Shown here one piece after another: positions 53,104 to 64,000 of a DNA stretch of 64,000 bases. The first letter of the stretch is position 1, and each line of letters begins with the position of its first letter. The notes under the pieces were generated by a model, which ran no database searches, was not told the DNA's origin, and saw only the letters and a list, made by a program, of their open reading frames with translations. The DNA lies in the NCBI GenBank assembly GCA_003344405.1, contig NOWV01000147.1, positions 62,001 through 126,000 on the forward strand, read 5' to 3'. This DNA comes from Trichoplax sp. H2 (lineage: Eukaryota). The position numbers and the translations under genes were made by a program.

Positions 53104-54180
53104 ATGGAGTTAACAGACTCTGAGTCACAATCAGAGGACAATGCCTTGGAAGATGTATTCGGAAGTAATCAACAAAGTACTGATATCAACCCTTTTGATA
53201 AGAATAATGTGCGACTTCGAATCTTAAAATGTGCAGCTAAACATGGCAACTGGGTCGCATTAGCATCACGATTAGGAATTAAATATAAAACCGCATATAG
53301 TTGGATAAGAGGTAGAAGACATAACTGTCCACCTCCTCGAAGAGGAGCTTACAAACTCCTCTCATCCGATGATATCGACACATTAATTCGATGGATAGAA
53401 GATGATCCAACATTAACTCTAAAACAAATTCGGGAAAGAATTTTTCGTGAATTTGATGGAATGGATATTAGTGTAAACACAATTTCAAGCTATCTCTTAG
53501 AGCGCCAAATATCCATAAAGACGTATGAACCAAATTTACTAAGCATAGGTAAAGAAGACACTCAAGAAGCGCGTTGCAAATATATTAATCGGATTACAAC
53601 AGCAGTGCAATCAGGTAAAAGCATCATCTGGATAGCAGAAATCAGTTTTAGTATCTGCTGCAATAGCACTCAAGAGGTTGAGATTGAAATTAGGAATCCT
53701 GTCCCTTTACCTAGTAGCAAGAATCCAAATGTTCACCTGATCGTTGCCATGGCCGACAATGGTATTATTAAGATTACGAAAAAGAAACAGTATTTCAAAG
53801 AGCAAAATCTGAATTATTGGATAGTAAGATTATTGAAAAACCTTAAATCTCAAGGAATGTCACTCGATAACGTGGTGTTAATTTGCGATCTTCCAAAATC
53901 GCGTCAATCTAGTCTTCAATTAAAGATTTTTGACATAAATCCTCAGATAAAACTATTTCGGTTAGGGCCTTACGCATCATTATTAAATCCAGCTGAAATG
54001 TTATGGTCTAAAATAAAGGCATTTATTAAAGCCAATCTTCGTAAATGTATGATGACTCGAACCATTAGTCGCGAACAACGCTTCGTATACCTTCAAAACT
54101 TTATCCATAATGCCATCGTTTCCTTGACAGATAGCGATATTCAAAAAGCCTCACAACGTATGACCAATTTCCAAGTGTGA
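53104..54180 (+). mobile_element. IS630/Tc1-mariner-type transposase-derived ORF (HTH + DDE-like domain), first catalytic Asp altered
   Basis: 358-aa intact ORF. HTH (WVALASRLGIKYKTAYSW) and second HTH (EDDPTLTLKQIRE...ISVNTIS). DDE-region motifs IIWIAE (usually ..DE), LICD, LGPYASLLNPAEMLWSKIK, with 35 residues between the second D and E. No TIRs recognised. Confidence 0.8.
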
Positions 54181-57100
54181 TTTCATGGACTGAAAATCGT
54201 TATTGCACTTTACAAATCCAAAACCTAACGAGCAATGAAGAATAATCAGCAAATTTCTGAACTTCTTCATAAACTTTCCATCTTCTTGGCCAGTATGAAT
54301 GGAATTAAGAGCACTTTTAAGCGTAAAGAAGCTCATAACGTGCCTTTTCTTCAACTACAAGTTAATGTTAAATCAATAACTTATGTCCTAATTCAGAACG
54401 AAGAATTACTTTCTCACTGTCATCTTTTCTTCATGATACCTTCCATTGCCTCGATGGATAGTAATCATGGTGTAGCTATGTGATAAAGTGTCTTCTCAAT
54501 AATGAAGCAAGAACTACAGTTTCTTGTAAATTTCTTTTTATTACATAAGTTATGTTCGTCTAATAACTATCAAGGACTATCTAGATGCAACCAGGCTATC
54601 TCTAAACTATCGAAATTACTACATCAATATTCACGATTTATATATAATTCTATTATCTCGTATACAATTCATCTATTTTCGTACGCTCTAACAATCTTAG
54701 TCTTAAGATCTATCCGTGGCTGTACTACAAACTATAAATACTAAATACAGTATTTCATGGTTTATAATTTATTCTGTTGTGATTTAATGATCTACTAATT
54801 ATAGTATTAATGAACTTGTATGTAAAAATTTTTGAATAAGAATGGTGTATTTTCTATTAATGAAACGATAACAGATGTATTCATAATTATTGAAAGTTAG
54901 GCGACTGATTTTGTGAAATCTTGAAAAAGTAAGCCTTTAATCATAAATTCTCTAGCAATCTTAAATCTAATTTACAGCTAAGATACACATATCATAGCTA
55001 GTATAATTTCACTAAAAAGAGAATAAATTTTTGCCTTTTTCGATAACCATTGCTGCTAAAAAATATATCAATTTTAATGTCACTGCCATATCATAGCGTT
55101 TTTACAAGGAATATAACATAAAGAATATTTCCAGAACGTAGCCTGTATTTGTAATTATTTTACTCTTTCCAATATTATTGAATAAACACTGTTTGCGGAT
55201 AGCTATAACAACGGTATTACTTTCATCAAATAACATCCTATACTAATTTTAACTGATATGATAATTGATTGAAGGGAATTAAATAAACTTTATTGATCTG
55301 ATTAACAAAACTATTATCATTTTGAATTTTAGCTCACTCAAATCTGAATCTATAAATTACATATACAATTGAAAGCAAATCAGTAAAATTATAAGTATCT
55401 TGATATAAACTGATAACCCCTATTATAGCCATTTTTTTAATTACTTGAAAATTATTAAGTGCCTTGCGGGATTGCTTAAAGGAAAAGCTTTCAAATTGAA
55501 GTCTAGCAATCTCTTAGCTATGCATACAATCGACCGATAAACTAGTGTACTACCCCCACTCGCCTACATTCGTATACACGTAAACGATAAGTTAACTTTA
55601 CTGAACCTATAATTTTACAAAGTAATAGCTAAGCAAACTTGACTTGATATATACACAAACAAAAGTATTTAATAAGATTAATATATGACGTAATAATCCA
55701 GTTGTTCTTTATTAAAAGTCTTCCAACTTGACAACAAGATCCTGGAAATCAAAGTTCAAATCCATTGTGGTCACGACTGAGCAATGTTAGAATGAATTGA
55801 AAACTATAAATATATTGCAGGAATACAGTCCTAAAATGGAAGTATAATCAATAACGCATTGCTAAAAATATTATCAAATGAATTAATTTTGGAGAATAAT
55901 AAAATTGGTAACACAAATATTGGAAGAATTCAACAGCAGTTTACGTAACCTTTGAAATAGGGACCCGAACCCTATCACCCTAATTATCAAATTCGACCTT
56001 CATTGATGAAGCAATTACTCTTACGTTCTTTACATTCTTCCTATGTGTCATGAACGCATGCTAGTAAAGAAGCCATAATAAAAACATAATTTCTTATTAC
56101 TGAGATATAGCACAGTTAAACAACTCTCGATAATTATTGTTAAATTTAACTCAATTTCACTTTTCTGTGATCTAGTAAGGTAAATAATATTAATAAATCG
56201 ATGGATAAAACTTTAAACGCTACAGTGGGAGTGCAAGCAGGTCCCAGTATTTGTATCACGTTTGATGAGTAAATTTAATGGATATGATTAAATTCTCTAT
56301 TCTCTACTTCAATACTCAGCTTGAAATCCAATTACATATAACTAAGCTGCAATGTAATTTTGATAAAATGATATACCTTATCGTGACAATTTTATGAATT
56401 CGAATAGGCCGGTAACTAGTAATAAAAAAGACGAAATACTATTATTTAGATAAGAAGTAACGTTAGAAATAAAATTCAGCTAGCTTTCTGGACTCTGTAA
56501 TATTAAACTACATTTTTACGCGTAAAACTATATATATACTGCATTGAGATAGAAATCTAGTAAAGTTAAACAGCGAAAATAAGTACCGTGCAAGAGAATT
56601 TTATAAATTCATTGAATAGCTTATGTATAGTAAAATTCTAACATGATAAAATAATAAATAATTATCCTAATTACAAAAGATATTTTCAATTTGATGCTTA
56701 CGTGTCCGACGTAACAATTACCAAAGGGATTAGCGAATTACTTAGATGGAATATTTATTAAATCAGCTTTCTTGTCAAGATCCTTTAGAAAAATGGAATA
56801 GCGATTGATAATTTAACATATATAAGAAGATATTTACACGGTCGAACAGAAAATAAATCAATTAATCACTTAAACCTTTTTAAAGTAAGAATAATATAAT
56901 GATTATAGAACCTTATAACATTTAAATTATTTACAAGATCGATCCACATTGTACCTGATATTTAGACACCTTTGTTTTATTTCCTCTTACTTTATGAGGC
57001 TTGGAATTTATTTTCCTGTTAACATTATTTATCATAATTTCTATCGCATTCATGACGAACCATTAATTATTTCACCCAAAAACTCGATTGTATCTTCTAT

Positions 57101-57920
57101 TTGTTGTGAAAAGAAAGTAACCATAATTGTAATCAAAATATTGAAATTCGAATAACATTCTTGGTAATCATGGATGTTGTTGTTAGAGTAATATAACGGC
57201 AATTTATGTCACTATATATTTTTCTGAAGCAAGACTTTGTAGAAACAAATAAAATACGTCAATGATAAGTCAATATCCAGTTAAAGCGACAAAAGACAGA
57301 TTCAACTATTATATCAATTGGTTGCAGCAATATGCAAAATAAATCAGATAAGCGTGCCTTTGAGTTCTATTCAGACAAAACTGTAAATACAACTTCTCAA
57401 CTCCGTTCTAATTTATTATTTAGTACGACGTATTATCATTCTTTTCAAAGAACTATCAGTATTACAGATTAATTGGTATATCAAATTAATGAATAAGATT
57501 TGGATGTACCGCTTCTAATTCTCAATTTCATCTACACTCATCTATAAGTGGGAAGATCCCTAGAAAAGGATTAAAGAGTAACAACAGACTTTTACATCTC
57601 CTCAAGCTAAGAATTTACTAACATTTTCTCTCTATCGATTTAAGTACAGTTAAAATCAACTTGAAAACTTCGTAGGTTAATAAATCGATTTGTGAGCAAG
57701 TTTTAAATTTTCTACTGAAGAATCCTACTTTAAAATTGCTATTGTAGAACTCAGCAATAAAACTATTAGTAATTAAACTATTTTTCGCTATTCATATGTG
57801 GATCACTAGTTAGTATACAGAATTTTGCATTTAATTATCAGTAAAGATAGTACGTGGTTATTAATTAACAGAAGACGGTTGGTTAAATACCTGGCTAAAA
57901 GATATAGAAATCGAAAACCC

Positions 57921-59330
57921 ATGGATCTCGCGATGAAAATACCAGTATTCTTATCAATGTTATATATCGTTACTATCACGGCAAAAATATCAAGTGCTAA
58001 TGGTTATCGAACAGTCTTTGTGAACCTAGATGGTAAGACTTTAAATAAAATAAAATTTGTCAAAAATGATGTACCGATTCAAGTAGATGCAGAAACTAGG
58101 CATAACATAACCAGTAAATGGCTAAAATTACGATTTAAGCAAATAGGAACATCGGGCAATAAAATGTCCAAACTATCCATGAAATCTCTTAATCAAGACT
58201 CTTTCACAAAAATTCAATCATCAAGTAATCACAGAATACATCGTCGAGCGATTAACACTGAGGCAAATGTTAGGGATCATTGCCAATTAAGAGAGATAAA
58301 ATATCAAGCGTATCGTTGGATCAATACTTCTCATATTTTTTTACTAAATGATGATACAAGTAGAGCATTCAAAGTTGCCCAAATAACGGAGATATCAGGA
58401 AACAATAAAAGTAACGTGCATATAAGAATCTGTACAGAAGTTATTGATAATAGATGGAATGAGACTTTAAGAGTTTTAAATTATATTACACCAACACTAG
58501 AATTATTTTGCTACACACCAGTAATCATATTGCATATTGTAATATCTCGGCTAAATGAACGGTTCGATTACTTTTTCTTAAGTACATTACTTGGCACGAT
58601 TGGTTACAAAATATTGAGACTAGCTGGCTCAATACTGCAGCATATTCGACCTTCTTTATTACCTGAATGCCAAGTATTGGCTACATTTAGGCATTATTTT
58701 CTAACCGTATCCTATGCATCAATGATTGTGGTAGTCTTTGATATTTATTTCTATTTCTCTTGTCATACTCCTCCTTCTTCAGAAGGTTTATTAAAAATCT
58801 ATTACATCTGTTTTGCATGGCTAATTCCAGCGATGCTATCAATAACGTTGTTTTCGATTAAGTATGTCGACAATTCGTATGATATTTTAGACGGTACCCC
58901 ACGGTGTGATATTACTGAAACTTGGGCTCGTATGGCCTTTGTCATCATTCCATGCGTTATTACATTTTTAATTACCATCTTGTTTCCGTTTTTTGCAAAG
59001 AAAGTTATCAGATCTCGAAGACTAAAGTATCGAAGAGCATCGGAAGATAAGAAGCTAATTGCTAGAAAGTACAATTGCATCATTAAATATACCATCTTTG
59101 TTATGATTATTTTGGCTGCCAATTTAGTCAACGACACAACAGAAGTCAGTATTGCAACTCATCAACGAATAGTTCAATTGCATGTTTTTGCTCGCGTTGC
59201 TGATATTTTATGTGCCATATTCAGTGTAATTGTCATGGCTATAATGTTTTTTAAATGGTTAAAAGTAATGAACAGCTTTGCCAATCGTAGGCAAGACCTC
59301 AATCAACTTATGAATCATAATCAACAATAA
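57921..59330 (+). CDS. Intronless 7TM receptor, family B / Methuselah-like
   Basis: 469 aa from the likely ATG at 57921 (or 57933). Signal-like N-terminus and ectodomain, then about 7 hydrophobic segments with ECQVLATFRHYFLTVSY (TM3-like) and FAWLIPA (TM4-like) motifs and an ECL2 Cys. Confidence 0.75.
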   Translation: MDLAMKIPVFLSMLYIVTITAKISSANGYRTVFVNLDGKTLNKIKFVKNDVPIQVDAETRHNITSKWLKLRFKQIGTSGNKMSKLSMKSLNQDSFTKIQSSSNHRIHRRAINTEANVRDHCQLREIKYQAYRWINTSHIFLLNDDTSRAFKVAQITEISGNNKSNVHIRICTEVIDNRWNETLRVLNYITPTLELFCYTPVIILHIVISRLNERFDYFFLSTLLGTIGYKILRLAGSILQHIRPSLLPECQVLATFRHYFLTVSYASMIVVVFDIYFYFSCHTPPSSEGLLKIYYICFAWLIPAMLSITLFSIKYVDNSYDILDGTPRCDITETWARMAFVIIPCVITFLITILFPFFAKKVIRSRRLKYRRASEDKKLIARKYNCIIKYTIFVMIILAANLVNDTTEVSIATHQRIVQLHVFARVADILCAIFSVIVMAIMFFKWLKVMNSFANRRQDLNQLMNHNQQ

Positions 59331-59948
59331 TATCATACTTTATAGAATAGTAATAAGATGGCTTTTACTAATTTAAATCAATAAATATTTCATCTACTGT
59401 ATACCTAGCGATATTTCTGGTGTTTATTCGATTTATTTCCTTCAATAAAGTTATATCTTTCAATACTGATAGATATAAAATATTTTGTAGGCCGCGTCCA
59501 AGCGTAGGGAAAGACGTCTTGAAGGAGACATAAATTAAGACATAAACAGAATAAGCAACTATGTATAGTATTATTTATTACTTATTAGTCAATCTGCTAC
59601 TTTTATATCTGTATTGTAAATTCATTACTTCTCAGTAAATAACTTTATTAAGTTGAGGGGAAAAAGCTGTCCAAATGTAGTACTTATTCCTTCAAGTTGG
59701 TTATGATAAGATCTCTATGTATGTGAGAAAAAATATTGAACAATCCAGTCCAAACAATGATTGGACTAGCTAAATTTAGTCTTTCCTCAATTAAATTCTG
59801 TAGTAATCCATCCCGTATGAAATGGGAATGTATATCTGCTTACGCTACGTATATTTATACAATTTACCGCTGCTTAGGTTAGTTTACATTAATCTCTGCA
59901 TAACAATCATCAATCGTACAAGAATACATACATTACTGCAATATAATG

Positions 59949-59966
59949 TATATATATATATATATA
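59949..59966. repeat. (TA)9 microsatellite
   Basis: Directly visible dinucleotide run. Confidence 0.9.
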
Positions 59967-62224
59967 TTAATTGATTAATTAATTTGTCAGTAAAACGAAG
60001 AATTATTATAATCAGCAATTAATACAGAATAAAAGGCGATAGCAAAGAAATGATATAAGAATAAAAGGATATAATGTCATGTCGATCTAAAAAATGGCAC
60101 GTTTCAAATTTCATAACATTGTCTCACTGATTTCGGGAATAGATAACTGGCTGAATACTAGTCAATAGCGAGAATATATGGCCAATAACGATGAAATGAA
60201 AAGTTATAGTTTAACTCGATAGCACAACTATAGTACTGTATATATAATGCATTGATTTCATGATAGAATAATGAACTAGTGCTATAAAGCAAGTCCAGTA
60301 ATAAATACTAGGATCAATCACTTTCGATACGCTATCTGATTTAGCCATCGAATTATCGATTTTATACGTACTAATTTCCAAGAAAGATGAGTTCAATGAA
60401 TGACATATAATACCTAGCATTCAATAAAATGCAGACTGAAATCATAGATGAATAATCAATTAAGACTACAATGATATCATAATATAATAAAGACGAAAAT
60501 AATTTATTTATTTTATTTTAATTAAGAAAATAGGCATTTTCAACGAGTTATGGGTGTTTAATACATAATATTCTAAACGAAGGATTTATCGAGATGCAAT
60601 CCTGAATTTTCTATTGAAATTTTGTAATAAAACTATTAAATTTGTTACGACGCCTGCTAATCAATTATATAATTGTCATTGTAATATAGGACAAAATCAT
60701 TAAAAAAATAAATAAAACAGAGTTAGGAAATGTTTGAAGGGGCGATTGTACAATTCATGATAAAATTGTACTCTGTTACCGATGATTGGCATCACTAATT
60801 AGAATAGTTTATAAATATAAGCCTACTACCTGGATATGCCCAGTCGGTATGTTAAGTTACAGTACGCATCCTTTAGTCTGGGTCATTCACGTAGGATTAT
60901 TTCAAAGTTGAGTAATAAAATTCGAAATTGATCTCTTTGAAAGTCAATACTGATGTCTGTAATCATATTCAATACTAATATCAAGAAAGAGAGTAAAGAA
61001 CATGGATAAAATATAGCAGAGCTGACGCGCATATAGGAGGACTTTTATACATACTGCCATAAAATAATCACCTTGCAAGATGAGATACTGTTCAGTAATG
61101 ACTAATCTCGAGAGCATATGCTTCCATGGCAATGGCACAATTTAGAGCGTTGTGTTTTGATCTATTGACATTCCATAACGACAGATTCTCTATTTCCTTT
61201 CATAGGCCCCCCAATAAGGAAATAATATTGGGCTGTCATGGTGACTTCTTCAAAATGCTGCTGACCTATGAAATAAATCAGCAGTATATATCGTTTTGTT
61301 CAAGTAATTATAATATCTGAGACCCAGTGAATCTACTAAAAGGAGTGTAACCCGAACTAGAACCACTGCAATCTGTATGCATTCTCCTCAGTTGTATCGA
61401 AGTTCAAAGGCTAGATATTTTTACCGAGAAGTTACTGGGGATATCACACTTCTGTAATACAAAAACTTATTTTGCCTTACTGCAATGAATTCATTTTCAA
61501 CAATTCACGTATCTGATTAAAAAGATACAATGCTCATTAAACAAAAACAGACACATCGATAAAGCGCTTTGCATACGATATAGTGCCCGATTGCAATTGC
61601 AGTGCAGTATTAAAGTGTATCATGGTTTAGACTTCCGTAAATAGGAGGCAGCTGGTAGAAGGGAAGTTACGCCACATGATAGTAACAGAAAAATCGCCAT
61701 TAATCTCAGCGTTTATTACGGTATTTCGTAGCAAAATATTCCATCCTATTAAGAGTAGCAGTACGTCGTTATTAACCATGACCATTCGATTCGAAAAATC
61801 TGTCATTATTGTGATATTTAATAAAAACTATACAGCGATACTAATTATTCAATTTAATTAATAAATATACTGTCTAGAGTAAATTCATCAATTGATGAAT
61901 ACTGTATAGTACGTTTCATGCATGTCCTGCGATGGTGCAGTTTGTAGAATAACAATTTCATAAAGTTACTTATTGCATATACCTATTGTCAATCAACTAA
62001 TTGAATTTAACGATTTTCCTTGATGATATTCTCTATAATAGGTATCACAAGAATCGTCATCATTTTGATATCTCTACTTGAATAATTTGATAAAAATTAA
62101 ATTGGATTTTTATTTTTTATCCAAATACGATTCCAATTATAATTGAATATTTGGGCAATATTCTCTTGCTACGTTAATAAAGGTTTACAACTTTACGAGC
62201 AGAAGAAAGAGACTTGAATAGAAA

Positions 62225-64000
62225 ATGGCCGCCAACAAACACTTCAATTTATTATTCTTTTGCATAACCATACTCTTAATTTCGGATTCTTTGTCGACAA
62301 ATAAAATAAGAGTATCTATTTCTGAAGGTAAAGGATGTTTTTCCCTGCACTGTTTCTAACAATTAGAATTCAGTGATTTTATTTTGATGTCTTGCGTTGA
62401 TTAAAATATTCACTGTAGTACAGAATTGAGCAATATTTGCAGAAGTTCCTGGTAATACGAAATTTGCTGCATTTTCATACGCTTTTTATTGACTATTTGT
62501 AATAGATGGTAATCGCAACATCATTTTTTCTTGTCACTCCTATCCTAAAGAAAGCATTGCGCTTAAAGATGCGCGTCTACAGTAGATGTTAGGAGAATTT
62601 AAATCTCTCATTTCTAATATTTTAGATCCTGACTTCGTTCCAGACCGGAGCCAGTTGGGCAAAAGAACAGTTGTAACGGAAATGATCCAAAAACGATCAT
62701 CGCGACGTCCATGCAGATCAATAGACACAATATTGTCCTGCTCTAATGACGATCAGGATACAAAGGCATTTCCTGGTCTATGTCATTGCGATTCAGAATG
62801 TATTCTATATGGAGATTGCTGTATGAATTATAAAAATCCTTGTCCAAAGACCAATGTAAGTCTTGTGACTACGACAAATCGGTCTTGCAAAAAAGTTCAG
62901 ATGACAAATTGGATAAAGCAACGATTGCCAGCTAGACAGAATAAAACGTTGGTTAGTTTATATAACTATCGTTGTCTAAAAGGCTCTTTGGTCGTTACAA
63001 AATGCCCTTCGCATTGGAGCGATAGTTACTATCGCAATAAATGTGAGAATATATCAGATACATTCAACTTTTATAGTCATGTACCTGTTGTCCATAATAC
63101 AACCAATATCGCCTATAGAAACATTTACTGTGCTCTTTGCCATCGAGTTAATGTAACAAATTTACAAGATATCCGCTTTTGGAGCATTGCTATAAAATGT
63201 AATTTATCGGAAAATGCTATTGAGTTTTGGAGTTTACAGAGTGATGGTCTATGGAAATATTGTTCATTGATATCGTTGATTAATTATAATGATACGACAT
63301 CGGCTCCGCGTAGAAAGTGTCGTCTAGAAATGGGTAATGAAATGATCTCTACATGTTTATCTGATCCAAAATCTCTGAAGATGAATCAAAGTTTTTTTCA
63401 AGCAATTCGAGACGGCTGCCAAAGTTATATCGCACCAATCGTTTCTGGCGGACAATTATACCACAATCCGTTTTGTTTAATGTGTAGTACAACAGCTATC
63501 CATCTTAATGTTAGTTGTCTGATTAGATCACCGCTTCCACCTCAAATGGGTACTCTTGCATTCGGGGAAGGCTTCATAACAGATCTGGCAAATCCCGTGT
63601 ACTATGACCTACATTATAATCCACTCACGAGCACGATTACTTATCGAAAGTTTAGAGGCAATATGAAAGACAGTTTTACGCTTACAATATTGCTCTTTTG
63701 TGAAGTAGGAATGTTGTATAATCCTTGGACAAACCAATGCCAAAATGTGTTCCCAAAACCTATCGCTATATTATTGCATCAAGAGAATAAGACTGATCCA
63801 TACAAAAATTCAACCAATAATAATAGTAGTAATTTTGAAAACACTATGCAAAATCGAACTTGTCATCTTACCTATGGAAATGCAAATACTACTGCTTATT
63901 TCAACGCTACTCATGTTGTTTTTCTACCTACCAATAAGACTTTCTTAGCTGCAAGATTACCAAATCACAATAACCATTTTTCCTTTTATAACTGTACTAC
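62225..64000 (+). CDS. Secreted/receptor protein with somatomedin-B domain and Cys-rich ectodomain (probable SMB-containing Mth-like GPCR); runs off window
   Basis: Exon 62225-62327 (signal peptide MAANKHFNLLFFCITILLISDSLS, donor GTAAAG), then a long open exon from 62626. It contains CHCDSECILYGDCCMNY (SMB), KCPSHW...KCE...PV...YRNIYCALC, YHNPFCLMC and many N-glycosylation sequons. Missed by the ORF track (no stop in window). Confidence 0.75.

Noticed and set aside
54181-54744. Short ORFs downstream of the transposase as a second element gene or TIR
   Set aside because: No homology or inverted match to upstream sequence seen; probably 3' UTR or intergenic.

Overview
AT-rich eukaryotic (early-branching animal-like, possibly placozoan; inference only) genomic DNA with short GT-AG introns, so the supplied ORF track shows only exon fragments. 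Manual splicing gives: (1) four adjacent paralogous 9-exon genes (A <1-3771 -, B 6508-11310 -, C 13430-18277 -, D 20480-23828 +). Each encodes signal peptide + JmjC/cupin 2-oxoglutarate oxygenase domain + EF-hand + acidic tail. B, C and D end in an ER-retrieval motif (RDEL/HDEL); A runs off the window. Paralog B has lost both Fe-binding His and the 2OG Lys yet splices to an intact ORF. (2) TRAIP RING E3 ligase (26366-30052 +). (3) A CCDC50-like MIU-motif gene on the minus strand (31251-34465, probably extending to about 48 kb). (4) A ~620 bp duplication around a 20-N gap, probably an assembly or allele artefact. (5) RPL39 (50114-51425 +) with a TOP-like tract. (6) An intact IS630/Tc1-mariner-type transposase ORF with a mutated first catalytic Asp. 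(7) An intronless family-B/Methuselah-like 7TM receptor. (8) The 5' part of a somatomedin-B-domain, Cys-rich receptor. Two GTAC/CAGTA-rich tracts enclosed by inverted repeats lie at probable promoters. The best candidate for an undescribed system is the ER-luminal, EF-hand-containing JmjC oxygenase cluster with its pseudoenzyme member.
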